A DNA stretch of 64,000 nt from Trichoplax sp. H2 (Eukaryota): positions 1-64,000 of the forward strand of contig NOWV01000228.1 of NCBI GenBank assembly GCA_003344405.1, in the 5' to 3' direction. Of the stretch, positions 11,516 through 24,875 are shown in pieces. A program made the translations under genes and the position numbers. The first letter of the stretch is position 1. The number at the start of each line of letters is the position of its first letter. The notes beneath the pieces are model-generated. The model saw only the letters and a list, made by a program, of their open reading frames with translations, was not told where the DNA came from and did not search any database.

Positions 11516-14500
11516 ATGAAAGTAGCCATCATTGGTGCTGGTGCCAGTGGCTTAGCTAGTCTGAAAGAATGCCTCGATGAAGGAATTGAACCAATCGTAT
11601 TTGAAAAGGAAGAATATATCGGTGGATTATGGAAATATTCAGGTTTAATTAATTTAATAGATTATGATAGGGCCGTCAACAAGTCGACACTTGTAATTTG
11701 TTATTAAACAAAAACATATATACGCACATTATCGAAGAGCGTGGTTGATCAGAAATAACTATTTAGAATTGATTAGTATCACAGTACAGAGATAGGAATA
11801 TCTAAATTATATAACGATCTATAAACTTAGGATGAATAGTTTGGCGTAGCCGAAAATAGGTTGTTTCTTAGAAAAAAAAATAGGTTTCTAAAGGACGGCA
11901 GATGTACAGTTCTAAAAATATATTTGAGCCTCTTAAGAGACTTGTATCCTACCCTACGTTCATTAAAGAATCATTATTAAATTAATAGAGCTCGTTGTAA
12001 GTTCATTCTATTTTCATAAAGTTGTGCGAAAACATTTATTTAAAAATTCTCTTATTATAGTTACTCAATATAAAATTTAATTTTAATAATCATTAAAAGC
12101 ACCAGTAAGAGTAGAAAAGCGAAACTAAAGAGAATTTAATCTATTTTAAAATTTCAACCAACATTTACATAACATAATTCAATATCGAAATCTGTAATGA
12201 GGAAAGTTAAAACTATTATAGAAATTATCCTACGAGTCTACTGTCAGGTTTGTCATCCCTGACATTAACCTACTTTGCGACTCTAGATTCTGGCGATCTC
12301 CTACGTTAGGAGGAACAGTAACGCAGCATTAGTCTCTCGGAGACATAAATGTACCCAAACTTTATTGAAAAAGTCAGCCAGTTTATAGTAAATAGACATA
12401 AACATTAATAATCAGTTTATACATAATAGTACTATGCGGTTATCTATTAAAAGTATGTATAACCTCATAGATAAATTAATCTATGTACATTCTTAGATAA
12501 TTTGTCTTATAAAAACTATATTACGATAGGTATGCAAAAGTTTTTACGTAACGATGGCCTAACAATTTTAAAACTGATCACATAGTACTACATTATACGT
12601 GTACAATGGTACTTCAATACTCCATATGTTGTCGCAGATAATTGTGAAAGAACTATAGTAGCTATCTTTATCGGTTAAAAGCACCGATCTATAATTTGAG
12701 TAATGATAAGTGATGAGTAAATTAACTAGTTGCTCACCAATACGCAAATATCGATTACAATATTATTAATGTAACAAGTTAACGTTTCAACGTCATGTAC
12801 TTTATAATAAACGACTAAATTGGATGCTTATTAATTATTGAATTTCTCGTTTATTAACATAATAATCATCTTTAATTATCATGACTTTTAAAATATAGAA
12901 AAAATTGGCAAAGGTGGAACTGTCTACCGTTCCACAATCATCAATACTAGTAAAGAAATTATGGGTTTCAGTGACTTTCCAGTTCCAAAAGACTTCGCTC
13001 CATTTATGCATAACAGGAGTGTTATTGAATATTTTGAACTGTGAGTGATATATATTCTTATCAAAGAATTACAAAGCCTTGCATATTAATTATTATTAGT
13101 AGTACTATTAGTTAGTGCTATGCTATTATTAACACAGCCAATCTATAGACTAATTTAAATAATGAACATATTTCAACATACTTAGACTTTTTCTTGTTTA
13201 ACATATTTCTTATACTATGCTATTTAATTCGATGATGAAGTTGTGCTAATTTTCTCTGAAAGCCATATTAATTTTAATCATGGTATAGGTGTTAATTTTT
13301 CCATAACATTAACTAATGCACAGCGTGAGCATTCTAAGTATACCAAGTAAACGCAATTAAAATTCACCAATCGATTCCTAATTTTTAAAATTGTTATACA
13401 TATTTCAAAGATATGCCAAAAAATTTAAATTGCATCAGTACATACAATTCAAGACGTACGTCCATGATATAAGGCCCGCAGAGGATTACATCAAATCTGG
13501 CAGATGGAATGTAACTATCAGCCACACTGAAGGCACTACAACTACAAGGACCACACAAACATTTGATAGTGTTATGATTTGCTCAGGACATCACTGGGAT
13601 CCTAGAATGCCGTCATTTAAAGGAATGGATGTGTTTAAAGGAAAGCAATTGCACAGCCATGACTATAAGGATCACCAAGGTTAACTTCGTTCGAGCAAAT
13701 AAATTTAACGTATTAAAAGAAAGTGAAGTCCATAAATGATTTAATTACCGAAAGTGCAATATCTTAACGTTGTCTATTCATTTAATCTGCTATGCCTTAG
13801 CATATATTCCGTATTTATAGACTGATTTTTAATCTTTTATAGGTTTCGAAAATGATAGAGTTGTGGTTGTTGGAATTGGCAACTCAGCTGTCGACGTTGC
13901 TTGCGAATTGAGTCATCACTGCTCACAGGTTTATCTCAGTACACGACGTGGAGCATGGATATTTCCACGTATTGGTTTCGGTGGTACACCTTTCGATTTT
14001 CAATTCAACCGCTTTGTAAACATGATTCCAATATCAATAATGAAAATCATACTGGAAAAGTATTTAAATAGCAGATTCGATCATGATAAATATGGCTTAC
14101 GGCCAACACATCATACCTTAGCACAACAACAAACTATTAGTGACGAATTGCCAGGTAATAGCATTCCCCCAAAAAGTATCGATATCAAACAGAAGTGGAA
14201 GACTTTAACAATCATTTTATAATTGAGCCAATATGATCATAAGAATGCTTGTGCTGGTTTCCAAATAATATAGACTAACAAGATTTTAGAAGATTATATT
14301 GTGATTAATTGCATCCTTAATTTCAACACGTAGAAATAACTACATGATTGACTTAAATCATCTTAAAAATACTTTTATAAAAATTAATACCTTGACACAT
14401 ACATATCTGCAAAATATTGATCACATTAAAACAAACCAAACACTCAATCCCTAAATTTTATTATGACAATAATTAATTTCAACGATAATTTGACTATATA

Positions 14501-15973
14501 TATAACTGTGCTAGCAATAGTTTAAATGCAAGTGGTAGACAATGTTTTTCGTAGTAAATCATAGATTACAGGCTACAGTTGTCTGCAATGCAGATGTGTA
14601 GCGTACGGCTATAATAAATTTTATACTACTTTCTAGGTATTTATCAATGATTTTAAAATACTTTCATTTAATATTATAGTTCGCATCGTCTGCGGATCAA
14701 TTAAAATTAAAGATGATATTACTTGCATCGGTGAACATGATATCAAATTTGCTGATGGCTCCACTGAGACTAATATTGATACAATTGTCTATGGCACTGG
14801 TTATAAGTTTGGTTTCCCATTTATGGATTCATCTATTATTGAAGTTAAAGATAATACTTGTAATCTTTATAAGTATATATTTCCACCTGATCATATGTAC
14901 GCAACATTGGCTATGGTTGGCTTCATTCAGCCAACAGGAGGCGCAATTATGCCTATGGCAGAAATGCAAGCACGATGGATTACCCAAGTCTTTACTAAAA
15001 AATGCCAACTACCTTCTCAAGCAGAAATGCTAGCAGATATAGAAAAGAAACGTAGGGAAATAGCTGATATATATGTTAAATCGCCTAGACATACAATGCA
15101 GGTAACTCAGAGTTTATAAATTTTGATTTATATCATATACATGTTACCACTTCACTACATGAGCAAAATTCGCTAGTTATAAATCAAATAGTACAAAACT
15201 GCATGATAATACAAGAAAGTAAATACTCGTAAATCACTTCAAATTACTCCAAAGGCAGTTAAGCAGGAATGAGTAATGCACTATATATTTCTAGACTACT
15301 ATCGTACAAGTAAATTACAACTCTAGCCAGGGCGTAGAGCTAGCATGATAAATAGTAAATTATTACTACTGCTACTTTTCGATTAATAACAAAAAAAAAG
15401 CTAATAGCATATTGTCGTCATCGTAACAAAACAATAAATTCAACGTTATTATAAATTATTCGGTAAGAAAATCTATCCAGCTTGCAAGAATTAGTTTAAT
15501 TCTTTTATTTGTGATCTAGTTGCACAGCGATACAGTTCGCTTAAAACGCAGTTATTTTAAATCGTAATTCTAAAAATATTTTTTTAACTGAAGTCGATAT
15601 AAATCATTTGAATTAGGTGGATTATTTAGAGTTCATGGATGAGCTCGCCGACCTAATCGGTTGCAAGCCAAACTTTTTATCTATCGCCTTTACCGATCCT
15701 AAGCTAGCGCTAAGATGCATATTTGGTCCGTGTACACCGTCGCAATTTAGATTATGTGGACCGCATCCTTGGGATGGTGCAAAAGAAGCTATTAGAGATA
15801 CAGATAGAAATTTTACTGCAGCTATACGTACACGCCAACTCAAGCAAACTGTAGAGCATAAAAATAGAAAGGTCTTGATGTTACTTCTAGAAGCCGCCAT
15901 CATTCCTATTGCATATTTATGTTACCTCAAAGGGGACACTATCAAAGCAAATATTATTGATGCTGGTAAATGA
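11516..15973 (+). CDS. FMO: Flavin-containing monooxygenase (dimethylaniline monooxygenase, vertebrate FMO1-5-like), 542 aa. Exons 11516-11642, 12899-13040, 13411-13679, 13843-14154, 14680-15101, 15617-15973
   Basis: FAD motif [31 protein letters not shown] fingerprint [17 protein letters not shown] motif [23 protein letters not shown]-terminal hydrophobic anchor. Exons sum to 1629 nt in frame. Confidence 0.95.
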
Positions 15974-18650
15974 TATATTATTTCTGCGTTAATTTTGCCA
16001 TTAAAAAGATAAAAGCTGGAAAAACGTTCTAATTACCGCATATATTATTTCTTTTTTTATTTCTGGTCAATTTAGGTGAAGTTTTAGCTTCTCTCTATCA
16101 TCGTGTCAGGGAAATATTCTTAAAATAGCTGATGATAGCACGAAATTACTAAATTGTTAATTTAAGGGAAGAACGAGCAAACTATTATAATAATAGCAGC
16201 ATACGCGTATTTCTCAGCTTCATAAAGCCCATCTTCATCTACTTTAGTATTACAATATACCAAAAATCCTCGATTAAAACATCTTTTCGGAATAATTTCT
16301 TCGAGATATTTAGCGAACTCTTGACTAAGAGTTAGCCCTCGTGAATTCCAGTAATATACGAAATAGTTCAATCTGTAACTTATTGCTACATTGCCATAGC
16401 TATAAAAACACTATTCTTGCTATTAGCTTATTATTTCGGGGCTTCATAATATACTTTACCCTTCGTCCCGCAATGTACCGGTATAAACTTCACTTCTACG
16501 TAGTAAGTATCGAAATTAATAGCATTTATTAAACTACCGATAACAGCGCTAAAGATTGCAATTGTAAGTTCGCAGTTGGTTGCAAACTGAATATTTATCA
16601 CAAGTTCTAGCTACAATCTTGATTCATTTTAGCTTGGTAATATACGTGCACTCTACGTTCTGACAGTAAATACAACAGCATTTACGTAATAATAAAGACA
16701 TTAAGCATTATTACTCCGTAGCGAAATGATTCGATATTCAAGTTTTATGTAATACCATATTTAACCCTTTTAATTAAAACACGTTAGTGATAATAGAAAA
16801 TTAAAAAGCAAGTATATGGATACAATATTTAAAATGCTGAATTTTTAATGGCAATGGGGCCTCAATTTAATAACTAATTCATTAACAAACTTTAAGATTT
16901 ATTTATTAGATAAGTTTACAAAAATTGCCTAGGCTTGTGAGATCTGAAAAGCATCTCGATGTTAGTAAATGAAGTATTTTTTAATTCTTCGTACTTGAAA
17001 GAATAGTTTACGGTGACTTAATAAATTAAAGGCTAGTATCTACCGCTTATAGCTAGTAATGTTTCCTTTGTAGTAGAGGATGGCAATAGGTATATTCAAT
17101 GAATGAATCTTGACTTCACAAGTAAGGGGCGTATTGTCGATGTTTGAAAAGATTTAATTTTCAGATGTTGCACCTTCATACTGTATCTCTTAAATAAAAA
17201 ACTCACTTTCAGCATAATCATGCAATACGTATGATCGAAAGAACGCAAAATTATGTTATAAACAGAAGAGGACACCAGTATTTTATAATTAATGCCCCAT
17301 TTTTGCAATAAGCCAGCATAATTAAATTTTAAATCGAACGAAATAGCGAATTCGGTAGAAACTCTGGCATTTAGCTCATACCCAAACACATCTTATTATG
17401 TCCTTGTAATCAAATTTAAATATTTTACCCATACTGTACAATATTCAGTTTCTTCCATTATACTGTACCAATGCTAGACCCTATCATCTTTTTTAGTAAT
17501 CCAGCTCGAAGGAAACTCTCTGTGAAAGAATACAGTGCATTTCCTAAAATCAACCAATATAAGCATTGGCATTTAAATCAAAATAGCCTAGTATAAATAT
17601 AGTACATAGGTTCTCCTAAAACTCTGTTACATTGACTTACCTACCAACTTGATCTATAATTGCGAGTATATGGTAGTCTTTACAGTTAAAAAATTATGTT
17701 CTTCATGCATAATGCTCTGCTTTATGAAAACTTTGACTCGATATTAGAACAAAATCAAGATGATGAATGTTCAAAATGAAAAACTATATACGTATTGCCC
17801 CATTGGTGTACTAATTGTAAATGGCAACTAAATTTCAATCCTCCGAGATATCGAACCCTCCATCACAATAATAATACAAGCTAATCCTTATGCTATCCAT
17901 ATTCTCTTGCCGTATCTCTAATAGTATTGATAACTCTTGATACATCAGTGTTTAAAAAAACTTACACTAAGGTATGGAGTTGTTACTAGGAAAACTAGAT
18001 TCAACAGTTAATCCTTCCATTTTCACATTCCTTAATACGGTATTGAATTTTTGAAGTTCAGAGTCAATTTTCTTTCTATTTACTTTATTTTATAGGATAA
18101 ATGTAGCAATATGCATGTTGCTCGGCTTAAAATTAAGTGTTTAAAATGGTGAAAGTGCCAAGGGATTTAGGGATTCCATGAAATCGTATTCATATAAAAT
18201 ATAGAGTATTTCGGGCCTATATCGTAATAGGTTAGCGCTATTAAGGTTGATTCCTATACATACCTATTTTAACGAGTCTTATCAGCAATGTACCTTAAAA
18301 TACTAAAAAGATATAGTTAGCAACTAAGAAACTAGTTGCATAATTATGAATTGTTATAAGAACTTAACATCGTCTGTAAACTAGTACTTAAAAATACTTA
18401 ACTTAAAATGATTAACTTCTATAAATAATAAATGAACCTTTTCAGTAAAATTTGATTATCCGATGAGGTGAAAGAAATTATATTTCGTCTATCTTATAAT
18501 AATTTTTAGCCTATATATCCCTTTACTGAGACCACTAGGACCTAAATGTAACGATAAAAAATTTCTATTTATAGCAAAATACTCCATTTATTGATATGTT
18601 TAGTATCAATTTGTATCTAAAGTAATATAAAATATTAAATTGCATAATAG

Positions 18651-19631
18651 ATGCACAGATTTTATGCTTTTACTACAATCGGCTTCATATTCTCCGCCGC
18701 CCAATTTGGGATAAGTCTCGTAAGTATAATTACCTATTGGCATTATCCCATTTTATGGCAAGCAAGCGTATCATTAATTCTTTCTTTCATTTGCTTTTCT
18801 CTTACTTTAACATTGGTGATAATTTTATCTCTAAATATGTATTGCAGATCAGAAATTATGGGAAGTTCATAATAGCTATTTTTTGCCATTGAGATTATCA
18901 GATAGCAATCTGTAATGACCGAGTAATAGCCTTTTACTATTACTAGATCAATATAAGTTTGTAGGGTATATTGTGAAAGTAGTTCCAAATTTTGCATACA
19001 TACAGTAGATATTACAAACACAAATTTCCTAGTCAAAATAATTCTCTATGAAACAGAAGTGCTGTCAGGTGTACAAATTTCTCAATTTATGAAATTACTG
19101 ACGGTAACAATAATAGCATCAAGTTTTTATTACTAGTCAAATACCGCCACTCGCGAAACCTTGCGTGCTTGTAGAACTGCTAGTCTTAAATCATCCATTC
19201 CAAGTTCTAATCTCCTAATTCTTTCCTTCTAAATGATATTATTGAATTTACAATTAATTGAATCCAGATATCTTTCATTCTGATGCAAATATTGGTTCAC
19301 AACCGATCGTTGCACTACAACAATTTCCTAATCAATCAGGTATATTATTTTAGTCTTCAAGTACTAGATTCTACTATACATACATAAAAAGTTATGGTAT
19401 AAATTATCCTGTTTTTAAAATGCCTACAAAAGTAGCTTTTCAGCCATATTACGAATATCTAGTTGCTAATTCTTTCTTTAAGGTATCATGGTCATGCAAA
19501 ATCCATAACCTACACTTTTACAGCAGATTTCAGTTGGACGATTTACAGCTTATCCACAAACGACAGTTGCTAATACACCTCATGTAGTATTACAACCACA
19601 AAACAATCTATTAAATCAACAAGTTTCATAG
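18651..19631 (+). pseudogene. Inverted MS4A-like pseudogene (copy 2), exons 3-5 recognisable
   Basis: Exon 3 MHRFYAFTTIG...YCRSEIM is homologous to the paralogs but its donor is GGAAGT (18861). The exon 4 acceptor is TG (19259-19260). Exon 5 has an in-frame TAA at 19506-19508. Exon 1 is at best a decayed remnant near 17760-17970. Confidence 0.75.
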
Positions 19632-20192
19632 ATAATGAAGAAATAAATATATCCATATTATAGACAATTTCAATATCCACCTAATTACTGATCTGCAAAC
19701 GTGGATAACTTATTATCAATATAGAATACAAGACATAAACTTTTATACTCGAATAACTTAATGTTAAACGTTGACTTTAGTTTGAAATATCATGCTTTAC
19801 TACGATTATAACACACCTCATAACTTCGTAATGTTGTAATAAACTTCTTGAAAGTATATACTACTAACTTTTCCACAACATTTAATATGCGTCCAATATT
19901 AATCTACGATTTCTTCGAAGCATACAATATACCTAGTAGTCCATGCAGTGGTGTACCAATTAACAGGAATGAATCATCTAGGCTGCCTTGTATGTTAAGA
20001 GACATAATTGGCAGGTAAATTCCTAGTGCCATAACCTCTATCAATAATTTTAACTATTACTTAATGAAGATCATTATATGTGAGAAGAACTAACAAAACC
20101 GGCAGTGTTTAGCTTTCTATAAATTACCGTGATTGATCAAAAATCATGCAAATTGCTATTTTAAAAAAATAACTTCTGATCATTCCACTTGG

Positions 20193-20925
20193 GCTATTCT
20201 TTAATAACGACTTAAGGAATAGCCAAGATATGTTAACAAACCTTAATTCATATAATTATTAATTACAGCTTAAGGTATTATCGGTAGTCAGACTTATTTG
20301 AGTTGCTAGCTAGTATGAATTATCCAGTTTCAGGATCTGTTTATAAATAGCCATTCTTAATACGACAATATTACTATCTACTGAATTTTATTTTTTAAAA
20401 CTACAAAAATTGACCTTAATACAAGCACCACATTTTCTTAACGTCTTTGAGAATGATAATTTAAAATTATAGTCTTGTAACTATCAGCTAGTAGCCGCTA
20501 TCAAGTAAGAGAGGCAAATTCTAATCGACCACATTATAAGTACACCAAAGTCATTTAAGTAACAATATGATTATGAATCTAATGTAGTGATCGCTTTTAT
20601 GATCACAGCTTTTAAGTAATTTAGTGTAAATGTAAATTTAAGTAATCCTAAATTTCTGGATAAATCTAAAGACACCCAATAAAATTACACAATAAAACTA
20701 TGTAAATTTAAAACATAGAACTTAAAACTATCTAAAGAACAGATACACAAATTAACAAGTTTAATTAAGAGGATTACTGAAAAGATACCGATTGTATTTT
20801 ACCGTAGTCAGAACTAAAATTACAATATCGTCTATCTTGTACATACTATAAGTATATACGCTAACTTAAGATATTTTAATCAAAGCTTCTTTATCCTCTT
20901 TCACATCAGTGTGTTGTTGTCGTTG
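20193..20925. repeat. Near-identical duplicate of 27588-28325 (3' flank of copies 3 and 4)
   Basis: Starts GCTATTCTTTAATAACGACTTAAGGAATAGCC in both and stays almost identical for about 0.7 kb. Confidence 0.9.
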
Positions 20926-21013
20926 CGTAGTCGGTGACTTTCCAGGTTGTAGCACATTTGGTTATTCTACTATTGAATAATTTGTGAACTTTTTGTACTT
21001 AAGGTTACGACAA

Positions 21014-24000
21014 TTACATTGAAACATCTGAAGGTTGTGCTGGCTGCTTCTTGGGAAGTTCCTGAATTTGCTGGTACTGTATCGGCTGGGCTGGTTGTAC
21101 AACTTGCGTTGTTTGAGGCGAATTGATTACTGTTTGAGGTGGCACAGCAGGGTACTGACCACCAGGCGCTTGTGATACGTATATCGGTTGGGTAGGTTGC
21201 ATAACCATAACTTTATTATATATGCATAAGAATAGCACAAGTTAAAATCTCAGTTAGTCTTTGATGCTAAAGCTAAAAATACCTTTCTAAAAATATTAGC
21301 AGCATGCTAGTAAGCTACTCCCAAAAAATGCTGTACAACATCAATAAATTGTAAGTCTTGATCAAAGTAGATATATTTATTATCATAGAATTATTGTATC
21401 TTGTAAAGTATTTCGTTTTAATTACATTATTATTTCTAAAAATATATAGCGTACCTGGTTGATTAGGTTGCATTGCTACCATTCGCTGCTGACCACCTTG
21501 ATATTGCACAATAGTTGCTGCCTGCTGATGACCATGATATTGCACAACTCCCGGATTCTAAATGTTGTTTAAGTAGGGCACATAGCGTTAAAAAAATACT
21601 TTACAAATTATAATTTTTGATTGTTAAATCAACTAAGCAATAAATATATAAAATATATTCCTGTATTGCCAGTTGTTATAAGTTGAAATTAAGGAAAATT
21701 GATTGATAGTGAAAGATAATCTGTACAGTAAAATCTATTATATACTAATGGTACAGAATTAAAATCTAAATCCTTATCGCATGTATAATGCAAATTGAAA
21801 TAATTTTCGCTAATATAGTCTTATCAATTTCACTACAGTCAAGAAATATAAGCAATTGACATGAAATGAATACCTTCAACAACTAAGATGTTAGTACGTA
21901 CCGTTAAGCCCGGCTGGCAGTAGATGTTTCGCGATAAAATAATTACAATCGTCACTATTAAAGCAAAGCCAATGATAGACATTACCAATGAAAGAATAGC
22001 GTGCCAAATAATACCGTAATACGAATAGATGATAGCTGGAATGCTGATACCAAATTGAAGAATCGAAAAGATGAGGCTGATGATAGAAAACGCATAATAG
22101 CAGTGCATCTGAAAATTAAAAACATGATTATTTGATTATTCAATCGTGAAAATAGATTTTCAACATCTTATTTTTCCTAGAAAATCTGGAGGAAAACCCT
22201 TTGAATATTTAAATAGCTACGGTAACTATATTACCATGATAACATAAATACTTAAATTATCAAAAATAAGCTAATACTTAGAAATTTTTGAATGTAGCTG
22301 ATGAGCTAGATATCTCTACAATACCTGATCTTGAACTCCAGCATCCATTAAGAACATTCGTATTAAAAGTACCGTTATGTAATTTAAAATTGATCTCTGT
22401 TGATTTACTATACAAAACAATAACCTACCAAATGAGGATTTCTTTGATTAGTATGGACAACAGTTCCAAATATTCCAGCTAAGAGGTACTGTACATTAAA
22501 GTATATACAAGAAAACATTGTTAATAATCATTTTATGTAATATATGTATGTCTTGGTGATAACAATAACCATAGCGTACTAAAGAAAAAGAAGGAGAGTA
22601 GTGATAAATCGAAAATGTTACAAAGCCTTGATTTATGTTGGTAAGCTAAATATTTATCCGTTACTAATTTGAAAGCAATTATAATTGCAAATACTGCTAG
22701 TACTGCAAAATAGAAAGAATTATTTTATATTTCATAAAAAGTAATTGAACAATTTCGTAATATTAGATTTACATCGCGAGAATATGTGTATGCTTGATTA
22801 TTAGTTTTAATCTCAGTTACACTGAGGCGAGTGTAGAGCACACTCGTACTGATGTACAATAGTCAGCAGTAAATAAAATTCAACGAACCTAAATCCCTAT
22901 CATTTAACTCAATTCTCTATTATTGGAAAAGGTTAGTTTCCTTACAGAGGAAGTTCCTAACGTAGTCAGAGGCTAAGTAGAGTAGATAGGCTAGTTTAGA
23001 TCTAATCACGAAAGCTGTTTTAAAATAGTCATGTATTAGCCAAGGTGATGACCGAAAGTTAGTACAACTTATGTTGCTGATTAGATATTTATTGCTTAAA
23101 TTAGAACGAGTAAATCACAGATTATTATTATATCATAATCATAATTTGTTCTATCAGTTTTTGATGTATCGCCTACAGAGAACGGAAGCTACTAGTAATA
23201 CTCAAATATTTATAATCGAATTCTTACTATTTATTTTATTTGGATATTTGCTTAATACTATATTAGTAAATTTTACTGATCCTTGCAATCAAAAATTATA
23301 ATTACTAGCGCCATTATTAGGTATCTATAGATAAAATAATTTGCGTGACACTCTACCTTAGTATTGTGAAATCAATAAATATGTAATCTCTCGAGCACGG
23401 TATGCTAGAATTTTCTTCACAGTCAGGATTATATGAGTATGTAGAAATTAAAATTAAACTGCATGATTACCAAAAATGAAGTCAAAATCACGTCTTACTC
23501 ATTATATTCTATAACTAATCGATTATCTATTGATTTTATAAAGTTTCATTTTACATTCCTGTTAGAATGTATCCACATTACTCAGATATCAGTATGCAAG
23601 TATACTGTATATTACAGAGTTATTTTGAAATCAAACTAGTCATTTTGCTCGCATTGCATAGGAAAAATTTAAATTATTATTCTGTTACTGCATTATCACA
23701 AATTAAAGATACCAATAATAAATTGGGAGCTGCTAATGTCACTTGAAAGGGGTTTTAGAGGGATCGCAGTAGAGGATTCACCCCCATCTACTGAGATTCT
23801 AATGATGTTGGTTGTTACATCATTATTAGTAGCTTTTATAATCTACCTGTATACATACACGTGTATCATTAATCAAGTGCGTAATTGCAATTTAGCAATA
23901 CATATGTTAAAATTTTCGAATTAAAGAGTGATAATTCACAACATTATATCACAATACCAGTATCCTGTAGAGGTCTACAATGAATAACATTCCCCGCTGG

Positions 24001-24875
24001 TTTACATTATATTGCATTCCTAGCGAACTATATCGACTTTTAAATTTTTTAATCGCCAGAAAGCTATACAAATAGTTTTAATCCATGCTTTATCATCTCT
24101 AACCTATGTCGTCAGTTGGATTAACAGTCATTCCATCTACGCAGAAGCTATATTCTCAGACTGCCAATTATATAACTACTTAATATGGCTTGGGCGAATT
24201 TTTATTTCATAATTTATTCTTTGTTTCATCGTACTAAAGATCTAACCTAATATCTTGGATAAACACTTGCCACAAGTAGCGTAGCGTCTATTTTACTTAC
24301 ACCAGTACAACTTCTACTCTATGACGAAATTTGACTATCTTAGTATTGGATGGATTAATTTTATTACGATCGTATAGTTAACCAAAGGATTGAATTGTGT
24401 AGTTTATAGTAATACAGGGTAATTCGTTCTCTAATCATAAAGAGGTACGGGTGTATGGATGTTAAATTTAATAAAAAGTACTGACAATAGAAAATTAGAG
24501 AGTTTAAGGTGTACAAAGGTGAGATAAAGCAAGAAGCAAGATTAACACAATTTACGCTTTTGTCTAAAAACCTGGTATGATATGTAAGATCGATTAGCAT
24601 ACTAATATACGCTTACATGCAGTAACAACACCATAATTACTTACCCCTAATCCAACCCATATATCAAGACCAGTGAAGATACTAAGACTTCTCCAATATC
24701 CATAAACGCCAAAACCTATACCGCCCGTAAGTATAGATGCAAATCCAAGGACAATCATGGTAACACTTATTCCAAAGGACGTTTGCTTATGCTGCATAGG
24801 CAAGACATAAGGATGCATTACAGAAGTCTGAAGATACTGCCCTGGCTGTTGAGCTATTATAACTGGTGCAGACAT
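21014..24875 (-). CDS. CD20/MS4A-like protein, copy 3 (shortened tail). Exons 24875-24645, 22488-22429, 22108-21902, 21557-21455, 21210-21014
   Basis: Same exon plan and phases, GLDIWVGLG/YLLAGIFG, MHCYYAFSIISLIFS. The tail stops early relative to copy 4. Confidence 0.8.
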
